Notes under the pieces: model-generated
The model's input: only the letters and a program-made list of their open reading frames with translations
Database searches by the model: none
Told to the model about the DNA's origin: nothing
Made by a program: the position numbers and the translations under genes
NCBI GenBank assembly: GCA_012295275.1
Contig: CM022675.1
Location: forward strand, 14,818,001 to 14,882,000
Length of the DNA: 64,000 nucleotides
From: Chrysomallon squamiferum
Taxonomy: Eukaryota > Animalia > Mollusca
Reading direction: 5' to 3'
Part shown: positions 39,600 through 55,822 of the stretch, one piece after another
Layout of the letters: each line of letters opens with the position of its first letter
Numbering within the stretch: the first letter of the stretch is position 1

Positions 39600-42500
39600 A
39601 TATGTCTCAGCCTTGAAGAGTGAAAGAAAACAAAAACATCTATAGATATATGGGGAAATTGTTTATAACTTGAATGTTTTTGGTGGAGGAAAAACTTTTA
39701 GCAAAATTTGAAGACACTTGTTAGATTGTTTTCTAAGTAACAGAGAGTTCTAGAATTAACTTAAAAGCAAAGCAGAAATTAATTTTGAATTGCAAAATTT
39801 ACAGTTTTAAAAATTACAGTTTTTTTTAAATTGTCCTAGTCGTGTCATGTTCTTTTTTCAGAGATAAACATATTACAAAATTTTGTTTGGAATATTTCAG
39901 CTTTTAAAATAATTGATTTAGATTGTATTTGCAAGCTTAGCAGGCACATTATTTTTCTTTTCAGCTTCATATGTCTCTGCTTTTTTCAAGACAAATCTTC
40001 AATGGCTGCTTGAGTGCATATGTTTTGACCTGAATGATACAAATTAATTTAATGTGTAATCTTTATTTATTCTTTTAATCAGAAAATATATGCTAGTGAC
40101 ATTGTGGTAAACAAAAAAATCTAATTAAAATAATTATTTAATACCTCAATTACTGTCATATCGGCAGAATTCTCTGATGAAGTTAAATGTTACGCAATGC
40201 TTATTCAAAGTTTGGGGCCAGTTTTTGACCAGAAACAAGTGCATCAATAGTCAACACAAAATTGCTAATTGATTAAAATTGTTACGTCTATTCTGACACA
40301 GTAAAATAATTTATTTTGCATTGGATAAACAATTATCATTGTTGTTATTATTTACTCACTTTGTTTTTTAATATTATTTTTATTTCTGATAATATATCAC
40401 AATATCAAAACAGGGTCAATTTATTAAATAATTTTACATTTATTGTATATTTAAACCACAGTAATAATTATTAGATGCAATACTAATTTGAACTCTTTTT
40501 TGTTTGTGTGTCATTTCTTGATATTTAAAATGCTGAAAGTTCAGAATCTATTTGTTCTGTGAAAGAAATCTTTGTTGCCAAATAAACTTCATTCTGATAA
40601 AAGAAAGCTTGGTTAACTCTTTATTTTCTCTAATACTGAAATAATATGCACCTTCTCATGGTCATTTATAAACCATTCATACGGTACTGGCTTGAATTAG
40701 AAATGATCTGATAATAACATTGTAAATTACCTATCACCTTGCTATTTGTTAACAGTTGATCACAAACCAAAAAATAAAGAAAAACAATCTTAGAGTTAGA
40801 AGTAGAAGAAATGAATGATACTGAATTGTTTACCAAAAAGTGTCATTCAACCTGTTGACAGATGTATCTGTTATATATAAATTTATGTGCCCGCATGTTT
40901 AAAATACATAAATAGGTATATACATAAAAACATAGTTATAACTATAATTTCAGTTGGAGGATAACCATAATATTATTCATCCCACCCCAACTTCCTAGAA
41001 CATTGAGGATTTTACAGTACGATATACAACTAATAAACTACAACATACATTTAGACAGTAGTCTTTGATCATGTTCAGATTATATTCTAATAGATACAGT
41101 ATGCAATAAATAACTAACTATGGAAACACATGTTCATATTGTATTATACAAACCAGAACACACTGACAAAACGTTTCTGTATTTGTTCCATGAATCTGTT
41201 GGCTAATTTCCAGTAGCATGAAGTTTATTGGTTTTGATCTCAAATTATGATTATCTGATTAGCTTGGAATATATTAAATCCGAAAGCTTATTATTACTTG
41301 TATAATGGCCTTGGAAATCAGGATCATAAGGTTCAAATTCCAACAACCAATAAATTACTGACTCATTGGCATTAGTTCTTATACGGGTGGTGATTGGTCT
41401 ACATTTTTTTTTTTCCTGAATAATAATAATAATAATAAAAGAAGAAACAAAATCACAAGCCAGCATTACTTAACGCTATTAGGATAGTAGTAGTAGTAGT
41501 AATAACAATAAAATGTACATAACTTATAACTAAAACAAAAGAAGCAGTTAATTAACTCTACAAAAAAATTTCTATTAGTAAAGAAATAAAACCATTAAAA
41601 AATAAATAAATAAACAAAATAATAACAATGAAAAAAGACACTGATTTCTTATATTCCCAAAATTTTCATCAGAAATTAAATCTTACATTTATTGATTTAT
41701 GAAATAAATTGTATCATGTATGTCACTATATTATCGTTATCATGCATCACAATATGTTTTGCAGAGTTCTAGGATTTTTTGTTTCACAAACTACACTGAT
41801 ACTCAATTTTGTTTCAATGATTTTTAAATTTTATTTTAAATAATATAGCTAATTCTGTTAAAATATAGTTTAAATATGATTACAAACAATTTATACATTT
41901 TGTACACAACTGGTTTTACTAGTGATCAGTGTTCACTAATAATAATAATATCGTACTGTATAACAGTAAAGCAGCAAAACAAGGCCTTGATGATTCCTTT
42001 ATAAAACAGACATGATTAACCTTTAGTGATATGAGCTTATTTCAAATCATATTAAAGTAGCAGCAACATAAAGTTATTATAAAACTTTGAGAGATCTAAA
42101 TTTTAAAGTATACATTTTATGTAATTCCAAATTATATTATTCTTTGAAGACCAGTCTTTTTTTTAGTAATAAAGCAGAACTGATAAAAAACATTTTGAGT
42201 GCCACTTTTATGTATACTATATAGCCATAGTCGCAATATAATATAGAATTATTAACAGTTTTTTTTATAATATCGGCTATATGCTTATGTTTTGTTGTTG
42301 TTGTTTCTAACATTTATTTGATTTATAAAATCATTGTATATACCAGTCATGAGACACACTATTTGAGTCCATGTATTCATTGGTGAAAGTATTCATTACT
42401 TTTATTATGTTGTGCAAATCAGTTTGAGAATTATTAAACTTTATTAGTAATAAAACTATAGAAAAGTCAAAAATTAAACTGTAGTTGATTAAAATTGGGA

Positions 42501-43190
42501 TGTCTGACCGAAAAAAAAAAAAAAAAAAAAAAAATAAGAAAAAAAATAAGAAAATGAAGAAAACAAAAAGAAAAAGAAGAAAAAAGAAATAATAATAAAT
42601 GTAATTATATAGCCTATACGTATCAGAAATAGTGTACATTTAAACGGTTTTCAACACTGTGAATTAAATAATACTGGTACAAAAATATTTTAACGCCACA
42701 AATCCTAGCCCCTTTTCTCGATTTCACTGCGTGGAGTGTGTTAAATGAAACTTAGACTTACAGAAACTCGGTCCGCCCAAATTAGACTGCACGACTATAG
42801 AAAAAAACAGGAGCTCAGATTCAGATAATTCCGAAATGCCACTTTTTGTTTTATACCTAGTAATTATTAATTACAACACACACAAATGATGTTTGCAGAA
42901 TATATATACTCATTATATTATAAATTTATAATATACTACATTATGATTATATAATAATATAGTATATTATACTATATAATAATATAGCCTATTTTTATCA
43001 CCAAAGGCACAAACACCTGTATAATGAAATATAATATATTATTGTCATTTACATTAAAAATATAATTTATAATCAAGAAAAGTGAAAGAACAAAAAATTA
43101 GAAACCATATTTTTCCAGTCACCGGATTTACTATAATTATTGTGGGAGTCCGCTCGGCTTATTTCGACAATGTCCGCTTATTACCGAAAA
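39600..43190 (-). pseudogene. Putative decayed multi-exon gene or spliced lncRNA diverging from CDK2
   Basis: Series of minus-strand exon-like blocks with AG/GT ends. Exons of about 42857-42762 and 42503-42344 join in frame (YKTKSGISELSESELLFFSIVVQSNLGGPSFYIPILINYSLIFDF...SHD). Downstream blocks (starting near 42179, 41415, 40707, 40292, 40029, 39749) carry stops or frameshifts. Confidence 0.4.
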
Positions 43191-43219
43191 ACTTAGTTTT
43201 TTCTTGCCTATGGAAACAA

Positions 43220-43345
43220 GCCAATCAAATTGCACTAAATTCATGATCACGCCCCAGGAAGCCGTCTGTCACCGTAATTTGACCTTTAATCGGACCAATA
43301 GGATGAATGGATTACTAAAATACCATATGTTTGCGCGGGAAAGCG
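43220..43345 (+). promoter_or_regulatory. Cell-cycle promoter of CDK2: two CCAAT boxes and an E2F site
   Basis: CCAATC at 43221, CCAATA at about 43295, and TTTGCGCGGGAAA at 43330-43342 (reverse complement TTTCCCGCGC is the E2F consensus), about 120 bp upstream of the ATG. Confidence 0.7.
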
Positions 43346-43462
43346 CAGACGGAACAATAACAAACACTTAATAATTATTATTTTGCGGTGCATCTAACGG
43401 TACAAATAAACGTATTATGACAACTTATTAAACGTAGCAGTAATTGAATAAGTACTTAGAAA

Positions 43463-48113
<4,651 letters not shown>

Positions 48114-51100
48114 ACCATGAAAGAAGTTAAAAATGTTTATTATGAAACAAAAAAGGTTGTTATGTTAGGGATATGAGATGTTAGTTAAAACAAAAATAGC
48201 ACACCTGAATTGCAAGCAAATGAATTTGCATAAACATTGGAAAGCTTTGTTAAATCAATACCAGTGTAATTACCAATAATATTTGTGTATTTTTCATAGC
48301 ATTAGCTACCATTACTACTTACAATATAATTTAAATAATTATGAAAAGGAACATTTGTCTAAAAACATACAAATATCTTAACAAAACAACTGAGAATAAC
48401 ATTTGTAATGGAAACTTTCATCTGTATATATGAACAGTAGATCATACTTTGTACATATTTAGTTGTGACATTGGCTATTCTAAATTCAGCACTGTGATAT
48501 TTTATTTCTCAAATTTTGTTTGCTCTTTCATTCTGTTCTGAATAGTTTGAACTCATAAATACCAATTTATAAAGATGTACTTGGTGCACTTACAATGATG
48601 GTCTGAGTACATTTTGAATAATGTTGAAGTTTATTTCTAGTGAATTGTTTTTACTAATAGCAATGGTTATAATTAATAAAATAATAACTATGGAGGATAA
48701 CATTTCTATTTTTACTAGTGTTACAATCTTCTTAGAAGTACATTAAACAGTTATAAATCATTGCAAAATAGCAATTTTGTCAGTATTTCAGGGATTTCTT
48801 TTTTTAATTTTAATTTTTTTATATTTTATGAAAAATGAAAAAATGCTATCCACATTTCATTCTGATGAGCTTCTTGTACTTTCTTATCAGCAGGTATTTT
48901 TAATAATCATTAAAAAGTATACTGTATGTAATAGACTGTTTGTTTACATCCTACATGGTACATGTATAGATTTTAACAAAATATGTGCGATATGTTGGTA
49001 AATCACTTTTAAGTTTTCTTGGCTCCTTCATTCCATTGCTTTGTCATGATAATTACGACTTAATTCATCAGACATCTGAATTTTCTTTTCAGTGATGATT
49101 TAGAAGAGGTTTTACATATATTAGGTTTTATTTCTTAACTGTAAAATTCATATTTTACTGAAATTACTTTATTGACTTGTATTATTTTTTTAAACTTATT
49201 GCTGACTATTTTTAATCAAAGACTAATTAAGTTTTGTTACTATAAATAAGAAAATGTTAGTATATAGAACTGCACTTACAAAATACAGTTATATGGAAAA
49301 GAAAAGGAAAAAAAAAGAATGATTAAAACAAAGATCTTGTAAAAGTGTTAAACATTTATATTTTTATTATTATTTTTTACTGTTGACCAGTGATATGCTC
49401 TAATGCATTGACAGTTTTGCAGTTATCCAGTTTGTATAATAACAGTCACTATTTCAAAGCTTGATGAAATTCTCTGACAATTGATGAGCAGTGGTTTTAA
49501 GACCATGGAACTTTCCAAAAGTCCAACTGTATCATAAATATTTCTTTTGAAATTATGTTGGAGGTAAGTAGAAGCTTTAACGAAAATTTTTAAAAACCAT
49601 ATTAGCAACTTCTTAATGCAATCTTGCTGAACTTCTCCATTGCCAGTATTTTGCTGGAGAATAACATTTTCTGATATATGTGTTTACAATACAGGGCAGC
49701 TTGATAACTTCTTTGTCTTTTTCAAATAATTTATTTTGGTTAATATGTTAATCTATGTATAGCACTGTACTTTATATTTTGCATATATATGCATTTATTT
49801 TTTGAAACAATTATTTAATTATGTATCTCCTCCAATGGTTTGTTTCAGAAAGGAACAAATAAAGCATGCTTTTCAAAATGAAACAAATAGTATCCAGAGG
49901 TACACTATCACTGATTTGTTTTACTGATAGTTGTTGGATTAGTGAATATCCAAAAAAAAAAAAAAAAAAAGTTTTCCTAAAATTTCTCTATCGCCCATAA
50001 AAAGCTGTATAATATCTGGACAAACACAAGTCTGGTATCTATAACCTAACTTATGTAAATAAAGAGAGGACAAAAGAACTGATGAAAAACACTTGTACTT
50101 GAATCAATTCTATTGCGGACAAATTGTTTACAAGTCTAACTTGATGGTTTGTATTTCACAGTTCTTTATGAGGATTTTCAATAGTTAAGAAAATTTGTAA
50201 GATCAATTTCATACTTAAAAAATGAAATCACTCAGCCTGTTTACTCATCTGACAAAACCCACTCATTACTCATTTGTTACGTAAAATGTAACCTTTTTAT
50301 GGCTATATTGTCCTAGTTTTTAATTTCTGAAAAATAAACAGATGATTTATTTAAATCATTTGTAAGATGTTCTTATTGCTTAAATTGTAGGTTTTTTTCT
50401 TTTTATAAATACATGTATTTGTTTTATTTCTAGTGTTCAGATAATTATTAATTACGATAAGTTTGAAATTAATGTTTTACTATTTTAAGCAACATAAGTG
50501 TTTTCCTTTTGTTATTTCTTTGTTATATTTTAGTTTGCTTTATTATTACTAATTTTTGTTAAGGTAAATGTAAAGATAAATGTTTCTGTTTCTTTTTCTT
50601 TTTTTTTCGTTGTAATTTCTGTTCAGTTTATTATGGCTAAAAAAGCAAATAATGATCTGCATTCTCTTTTTAACCATTAAATTTTTAAAATTTATTTCAT
50701 TTTGATTTTAATTATTATTTTTTTGTCTGCAGAATAGTTTGCATTTAATTTTCTTTCGTATAACTTCAGTTCAAATATATAATGTATTTGGTTCTGTTCT
50801 TAATTTTTTACTATGCTTATGGAAAGACTATTTTTGATTTAGAAAATTGATAAAGACATTTCTTATGTTCACTTCATCACCAAGAGAAGTAGGAACAGTC
50901 TACCTTGATTTTTTGGGTTATAATCTATAAATATTTATATATAATAACACTATGAAAAATGTTGTCAGGTTTTCAGTGTGGGTGAAATAGAAACAAGAAT
51001 ACACTGAAATAAATATCTTGTGGGAAAACTTCAGATGAGAGTTGTAGTATTTCCTTCCCGAGAAACTAAAAGCAAACATCAAGACATTACATATTATTAT

Positions 51101-52075
51101 TTATTTACAAATAGTTGAATGTAATCCATACAAATATAAAACAGGATACACTTTTTTTTTGGTTTAAATGAGTAAATAACTAAAAAAAATTCTTCTGAAT
51201 AAAATCATACTGTATTTGACTTTGTTGGTCTTGTATGATCAAATTTGTGGGAAGGTCTGCACCTCTGCTTCACACCTTTCTGGACTGCTACCTAAAAGGA
51301 GTAACTGTATTAAACGGTACACTGAATTTTCTATTGCTCTTACAACTTACTGTTATGCTGAAAATAAGTAAAGTATACAAATAAAATAATAAAAATACAA
51401 ACATCAAATTAAAAACACTTCTCTTTGTCCAAAACACAGCTTCAACCATCATGTATGAAAAGTCTTCATTTTCCTAAACAACAATAATACAACGCTAAAC
51501 TAAAATTCATAAATACGGGATGAGTAACAAAAAATATCACTTAAAAAACAAGTGTTTAACTGTCCACTGCATTAAAACTACAACCCTCTCATTTGTTACA
51601 TGTGATAACTGAGTTACAGAAATAATTATAACAGTCCTATTTAACGTGATATCTATTTCTGCATATCAGTTACTGTTTTTACATATTCAGAGTGAAAAAG
51701 AAATAATGAAATAAATAACCACCAAAGACATTCATTCATTCATTTTCATATTCCGGGCTAGAAAGTATTAGCATTTTCGACCCAAAACTATTTCTGTTCA
51801 TACAAAAACAAATAATTATATTAATTTTTCTGCTATGGTGATATATTTAGTGACTGAAGTAATACGTTTAAGCACCAAAGTATCACATTCCCAAAAATCT
51901 ACTGCTTATAAAAAAATAAAATAAAATAAAAATTATAAAACATTTCTTTCAAAACCTAAGAAAGATTATGGGAGGATGAGAAAGAAAAATAAAACGAGAA
52001 AATCCTAAAAGAAAACAAATTTCAGTGATTTCCACAACCCCAACCATATCTGACTGTCATAAAGTTAATACTAAC

Positions 52076-54406
52076 CTCATGCTGAAGATCTCTGCAACTG
52101 TCGTGTATATTTCTGATTGCAGCACAAGCAAAATCCATCGATCTCTTACATTCATTTAATTTATCTAAACATTGGTAATAAATTAACAAGCAATTACTAT
52201 AATCACTACTACCTTGTGCTGGTACTGCTACCTCTACTACTTCAATACTAATACAGCGGTACCTTGACTTACGAGTTTAATTCGTTCCGTGACCGAACTC
52301 GTAACTAAATTTTCTCGTATATCAAATCAATTTTTCCAACTGAAATTAATTGAAATACCATTAATCCGTTCCAGCCCCCCCCCCAATGTTTTTAAATAAG
52401 AAAAATTTGTATAAATGACAAATATTTTATAAACAAAATAAAAGATGAATGTAAAGAAATAAATTGGTTTTGTAAAGTATTTATCTTGGAGATCATACAA
52501 ATTATTTTAACGCGTTTGGCTGGAGTTATAGCCTTTATCGACTCGTTTTGCTTCAGTATGGTACATATCGTAAAAGTATTACGCTCGTACTACCTAGCCA
52601 TGTAGACTACACGCACACCTCGCTTATGTTTTTCTATGATTTCATGTTTTAATTCAATGGACATCATCCACTTCTTCTCAGCACTGTCCTTAGCACTCAC
52701 TTTCTTAAGATCCATGGAAATTTGGCAAAATACTGCACAAAACGCGGAAACAACACAACAGAGATGCTTCCACGACGAGGTAACCACGTGAAACAAACGA
52801 GGGAGTCGCACGATGCTGGCGGATGTTGTGTTGTTCGTTGCGCCAACAAGCGGCGGTTATCCGAAGCTCGCTCGCAATTCAGATTTTGGCTCGCAACTCA
52901 AAGCAAAAGCTCGACCAGTTGGCTGCTCGTAACTCGGAAAACTCGGAAGTTGGAGCATTCGTAACTCCACTGTATTACTGTTTACCATTGGTACCACTGT
53001 ATTACTATCTACTACTAGTGCTATCACTATTGGAACAAGTACACCTATTTAAATACATGTACCTTGATATGGTATATAAAATGTATTGGAATAACTATGC
53101 ATCGATAGATTACATCAGATGAATTTAAATAACAATTTACCTTGATATAATTTATTACTTGTATTTAAATTGCTGTTTGGTTATAAACAGTCCAATATTT
53201 TTTAAATATTAGGTTATCTAGACACAGGTATATTATACGTATTTAAGTAAAATATTCTGTAATTATCTTCAGTCACTATATTACATGTATTAAAAGAAGA
53301 GTTTTAAATAGTATGTTACGTGTATTTCTGTGTACCTACCCTGATATAAATAATAATTTTTCAGTGCTTCAATACGCGATTCCTCCAGTTTCGAAGTTTG
53401 CACCTCAAAATATTCGTACATTTCTTGCACTTTTGTCTCAATTTCGGCGTTTACTAGCTTTCTGAAAAAGACAGAGATATCAAAAGCAATGACATCGTAA
53501 AAGTAATAATAATTAACTCTGACTTGTCATCTCGTCATAAGCATAATCTCTGCAAATACTCCCGCTCATTTGTTATTTACATTAGTCACCTTTACAGAAA
53601 GTGGTTCGAATCGGGTTTATCAAAAGCAGCGGTATGTTCTTTCTCATGGGTGTACAACTCAAGATGTCAGAGGAAGCTAAATTACGGAAAAGCAAGATAT
53701 TTGTGTTTTTAATCTGATAAATTTTCGGACAAATGAATCTTTAACCAAAGAGTTCCATTATCCCCAAGCTCTTTCCTGGCTAAAATATATAACCATGGAA
53801 TAATGAAGCACAGAATCTGATTATATCCTTCCTTTGTTTAATTGTATTTGCTAATATGAATAAACTATCGTTTTCCAATAATTTTGAAATAATGACTAAA
53901 AGTTATTTGTAACTTTAATGCTTTCTGGAAACTAGAATTTACTGAATTTGTGATGATCACCTGTTACTTTATTGTTTACCTGTAAAGTCTTAGGGGCATG
54001 CAGATAAACGGTTCTTTATTTTCTTTCTGTCTGTTAGATGTAACTGTATCGCAAACGTTATCCTCCGCCTTCATCTCGCTTTTTTTCACGTCATTTTTCA
54101 ACTTTAACTTTCGATGCGTCTGCTGTGAACGTTCTCTACTGCTCGGCCGCGTTTTGGAATCTTGACGATCAGCGTAAAATATTTTTGTTATTTCTCCATC
54201 TTCAGGATTTGATGATGCTAGAAAATTATATGTTACTGAGTAGGTTCAGAACACTGTTATTATTATTATTATTATTATTAATACATTCGGGCAGAAAGCA
54301 ACGAAAACAAAATGATACAAATCAAGTGTTACTATTACTTGGTACTGGTAATTACCGATACTGCTAATGCGTTAGATGCCGTGTACGTACGTATACATAC
54401 ATTTTT

Positions 54407-54458
<52 letters not shown>

Positions 54459-54750
54459 TGATAATGACGATGATTGAAGAAGAGGATGATAATATTGATT
54501 AAATACCGGTTACTTGTGCATCGTCAATATTGTCACTAATTGTTGCTCTAAACAGAATCCTGTTAATAAAGTGATCAAGGGCGATGTCATCAACAGTGGC
54601 ATCATTGTCGTCCTTACAGCCGATGTCATCGTTCTGCCAACAGGGATTACATAGATGAAATATTTCACGGTTAAGAAATTGTTTGTGATCACTCATGTAT
54701 TTTGTCTTTCTGCCCCTTTCAAAATCAGTTCTGGTTTCTTGAATGTTCAT
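52076..54750 (-). CDS. Unannotated spliced gene (at least 4 in-frame exons, predicted coiled-coil region); 3' part unresolved and possibly pseudogenised
   Basis: Exons 54750-54507 (ends phase 1), 54217-53980 (phase 2), 53461-53340 (phase 1) and 52164-52076 (phase 0) all have canonical splice sites and stay open for 231 codons: MNIQETR...FHLCNPCWQNDDIGC...KLVNAEIETKVQEMYEYFEVQTSKLEESRIEALKNYYLYQDKLNECKRSMDFACAAIRNIHDSCRDLQHE. Confidence 0.6.
52254..52999 (-). mobile_element. Internally deleted Tigger/pogo (Tc1/mariner) DNA transposon, copy 1
   Basis: TA|CAGCGGTACCTTGACTTACGAG ... TCGTAACTC...GTACCACTG|TA termini; the right end is rearranged (52972 or 52999). Minus-strand relic MDLKKVSAKDSAEKKWMMSIELKHEIIEKHKRGVRVVYMAR*YERNTFTICTILKQ matches the N-terminal HTH of Tigger/CENP-B-type transposases. 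Confidence 0.85.
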
Positions 54751-54898
54751 TTTTAGTTGAAAACATCTACTGGTCTCATCAATTTCGTCTTACTAATTAA
54801 TTACACGTTTATTATTATTATTATTATTATTATTAGTTTCTAAATGAGAATGTTTTATTTGTATCGACGTTAAGGAATAACTAACGTCGGTGTTTGTA

Positions 54899-54906
54899 TG
54901 ACGTCA
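54899..54906. promoter_or_regulatory. Palindromic CRE (TGACGTCA) about 150 bp upstream of the minus-strand gene starting at 54750
   Basis: Exact motif in a CpG-containing patch. Confidence 0.35.
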
Positions 54907-55124
54907 TGTTGTAGTGTCTGAAATTTATTCGATCATTTAGTACAGTCAAACTCATAGCCGAGCTTCAGAATCGCCTAGCTCTTGTATTCAGTATATTCAT
55001 TATCTCTTATGCTAATAGTTTATTTTATTGCATTAATTTTTTTAAAAACCTTCACCAAAACAACAACAACAACAATAACAATAACTAGCAATAAAAACAG
55101 AAACACATACACACAAAACAGATA

Positions 55125-55750
55125 CATTCCTTGACCGAGCTCGTAACTCAATTTGCTCGTATATCAAATCAATTTTCCCATTTGAAATTAATTGAAATAC
55201 TATTAATCCGTTCCAAAAACCAACTTATTTTATTTTTATTTTTTTTTTATTTTTATTTTTTTGCAATTTATTTTTAATATAAGAAAAATGTATTTACAAA
55301 TATTGTATAAAAAACAAAATGAAAGAGACTGTAAAGAAATAAATTGGTTTTGTAAAGTGTATTTATCTTGGAGATCATAAATTATTTTAACGACTCCTTC
55401 TGCTTCAGTATGGTATATATGGTAAAATACTTCGCTCATACTGCCATACTTTAATTCTATGGACATCATCTTGTCAGCACTGTCCTTTGCACTCACTTTC
55501 TTAGGATCCATGGTCTGAAAAAAGACATCTGGCAAAATACTGGACAAAACACGAACACAACTCAACAGATGCTTCCGTGGCGAGGTAACTACGGGAAATA
55601 AACAATGCTGGGCGGACGTTGTGTTGTTCGTTGCGCCAACTAGCGGCGGCGTATATGAAGCTCGCTCGTAACTCGAATTGCGGCCTGCAACCCAAAACAT
55701 AAACTCGAAAAACTCGTAAGCTGATGTACGCTTAACTCGAGGTACCACTG
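55125..55750 (-). mobile_element. Internally deleted Tigger/pogo element, copy 2 of the same family
   Basis: Colinear with 52254-52999 (CTCGTATATCAAATCAATTTT..., MDPKKVSAKDSADKMMSIELK). Intact right end AACTCGAGGTACCACTG|TA; left TIR partly deleted. Confidence 0.85.
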
Positions 55751-55772
55751 TACTTACAATTATGTATTTACT

Positions 55773-55822
<50 letters not shown>

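Noticed and set aside
49091-49206. Possible C/D snoRNA (GTGATGA ... CTGA) downstream of CDK2
   Set aside because: No convincing terminal stem or recognisable rRNA guide; such motifs are expected by chance in AT-rich DNA.
55236-55814. 192-aa ORF as a gene
   Set aside because: Read-through from a (TG)n tract across a deleted Tigger element; only a short transposase N-terminal relic is real.
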